A stretch of DNA of 64,000 nucleotides from Octopus vulgaris (lineage: Eukaryota), in the NCBI GenBank assembly GCA_951406725.2, contig OX597816.1, positions 434,001-498,000 of the forward strand, read 5' to 3'. The translations under genes and the position numbers were made by a program. Shown here piece after piece: positions 62,013 through 64,000 of the stretch; positions within the stretch are counted from its first letter, which is position 1; each line of letters opens with the position of its first letter. Under the pieces are notes generated by a model that saw only the letters and a list, made by a program, of their open reading frames with translations, did no database searches and had not been told where the DNA came from.

Positions 62013-64000
62013 TAACCAACTTGAAACTAATTAAGACATTAAGTGAAAACATTGAAAAATGGTAAATCTGTAAAAATAACAACTTGACAAATCAGAGAAT
62101 AACTTCACTTTCAGATTCTTGATTTAACCCTTTCATTATTAAATTTTTACTGAAATGCACTGCTTTTGTTGCAATTAATTTTGAAAACAATGTTGAATTT
62201 AGTATAATAATTGTCATTATTAATCTTTCGGTTATTATATTTCTGTGGCTTCATTTAATTTTGAAAACTATGAGGAATTTAGGGTTGGGGTAGTAGTAGG
62301 CACGGTTGTGTGATAAGAAGTTTGCTTCCCAAAACCTGTCTCCAGGTTCAGTCTCACTGCATGGCACCTTGGGCTTATCTTCTACTATAGCATCAAACCA
62401 ACCAAAGCCTTATGAGTGGATTTGATAGAAACTGAAAGAAGCTCATCGTATCATCATTTAACGTCCGCTTTCCATGCTAGCATGGGTTGGATGATTTGAC
62501 TGAGGACTGGTGAACCAGATGGCTGCACCAGGCTCCAATCTGATCTGACAGAATTTCTACAGCTCGATGCCCTTCCTAACACCAACCACTCCGAGAGTGT
62601 TGTGGGTGCTTTTATGTGCCACTGGCACGAGGGCCAGTTTGGCGGTACTGGCAATGGCCACGCTCAAATGGTGTTTTTAATGTGCCACCTGCACAGGAGC
62701 CAGTCCAGCAGCATTGGCAACAACCCCGCTCGAATGTTTATATATATATATATATTGTGAGTATGCATGCATATGTATATATACTTGAGTATATGCATCT
62801 TTGTGTGTGTGTTGGTGTGTTTATGTCCCTATAATTTATAACAGGCAAAAGAGACTGATAGAATAAGTACCAGGCTTAAAAAGAAAAACGTCCTGGGGTC
62901 AGTTCATTTAACTAAAAACTCAAAGGAGAGTGCCCCAGCATGACCACAGCCTGACTGAAACAGGTAAAAGATGATATTCACCCATTAATTACTAAATTCC
63001 ACTTAACACACACCATCTTTGTTTCAAACATTCTTGGAATCAATGAAATATTTGGTAAAATAATATCATTATTATTAAGCTGCTACTTTGAAGTAATTAA
63101 CATGAAATTTTGATGGAAAGTTTTAACATGGATAACTTTAAAGCAAGAAGCTTGTATCATAGATTCAGGAATGGTCTTGGTCATGTGGATTAATAGCAGC
63201 ACTCAAATGATGATCTCAGATCAGGGCTGCAGAATGATAAGCCAAATAGTGTGACAATATTATTTATATTGAAGCTATAAAGATAGACATAACTTTCCAG
63301 CTTTCTGTATTCTGGAGGCAAAATTGAGTCTCTTTAATTGTTTGAGGGAAATGAGTATAGTACATTGATGGTATAATCAAATTTGAATATAGTTCCGTGG
63401 TCCAATTTCAATTCCTGATTGGATTCATTTCATTTAAATTTTCTTTGGGAAAAAGAAAAATGTATGTCACAATTAAGAGGAACTGGTGATTGATGAATCA
63501 ATAATTATTTTATAATAATTGAACAGAAACTGCAGATAAGTGACTGCATGAGATTAAGTTTAAATGCATAGTTTTGCAGAGAAAGAGAGGTGACAAAAAG
63601 CCCCTCTTAGCCCAGAGTTCTGAGATAAGATGAGGTTAGTTTGTAGAGGAAGGGAGCTGACCAAGACCCTACATAGAATGGTGTACTGAGGAAAGTTTGG
63701 ATTTTGGTAGAGTTAATAGTTGCTTCCATGAGCAGAACGTGAGTTTTAAGAATGATAAGCTATGCATTAGAAGGATTTGGCTGAGTTTAGAATGGGAATT
63801 CAAAGATTAGAAGGGGACTGGGTAGAGCATAGGTGAATGCAGTTTGGAGCCACAACAGAAGACATTAGAAGATGATGTGAACTGAAATTGAACTCGTGGT
63901 TGAAAGACTTTCAGTTGGAAACATAATCAGGCCAAACATTTTACCCCTTAGACATTATCCACTACATATACAGGTGAATATGATGAGTACATAATTATAA

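Overview
Eukaryotic, AT-rich, microsatellite- and transposon-dense genomic DNA. The repeat families (RTE LINE 3' ends with (GAT)n tails, tRNA-derived SINEs, piggyBac MITEs, small Helitrons, Penelope pseudo-LTRs) look like an octopod cephalopod, recognised from memory only. Almost the whole window lies inside one large minus-strand gene. I could join 10 exons with GT-AG boundaries and matching phases, plus a probable signal-peptide exon (about 878 codons in total; the 3' exons were not found and probably lie left of position 1). The product is a secreted mosaic protein: signal peptide, TSPN/LamG-like domain, coiled coil, vWC, EGF, Kunitz lacking the 5-55 disulfide, Cys-rich/vWC-like segment, a tyrosinase/hemocyanin-fold domain with degenerate copper ligands, and G-[YFI]-[DN]-x-x repeats. 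The introns hold RTE and CR1-like LINE relics, hAT, piggyBac, mariner, DD37D and DD41D-like DNA transposons, Helitrons and two abutting satellite arrays. They also hold a 685-bp near-perfect palindrome with twin hammerhead ribozyme motifs and several more Penelope-type hammerhead motifs. Most ORFs in the supplied track are repeat-derived noise.
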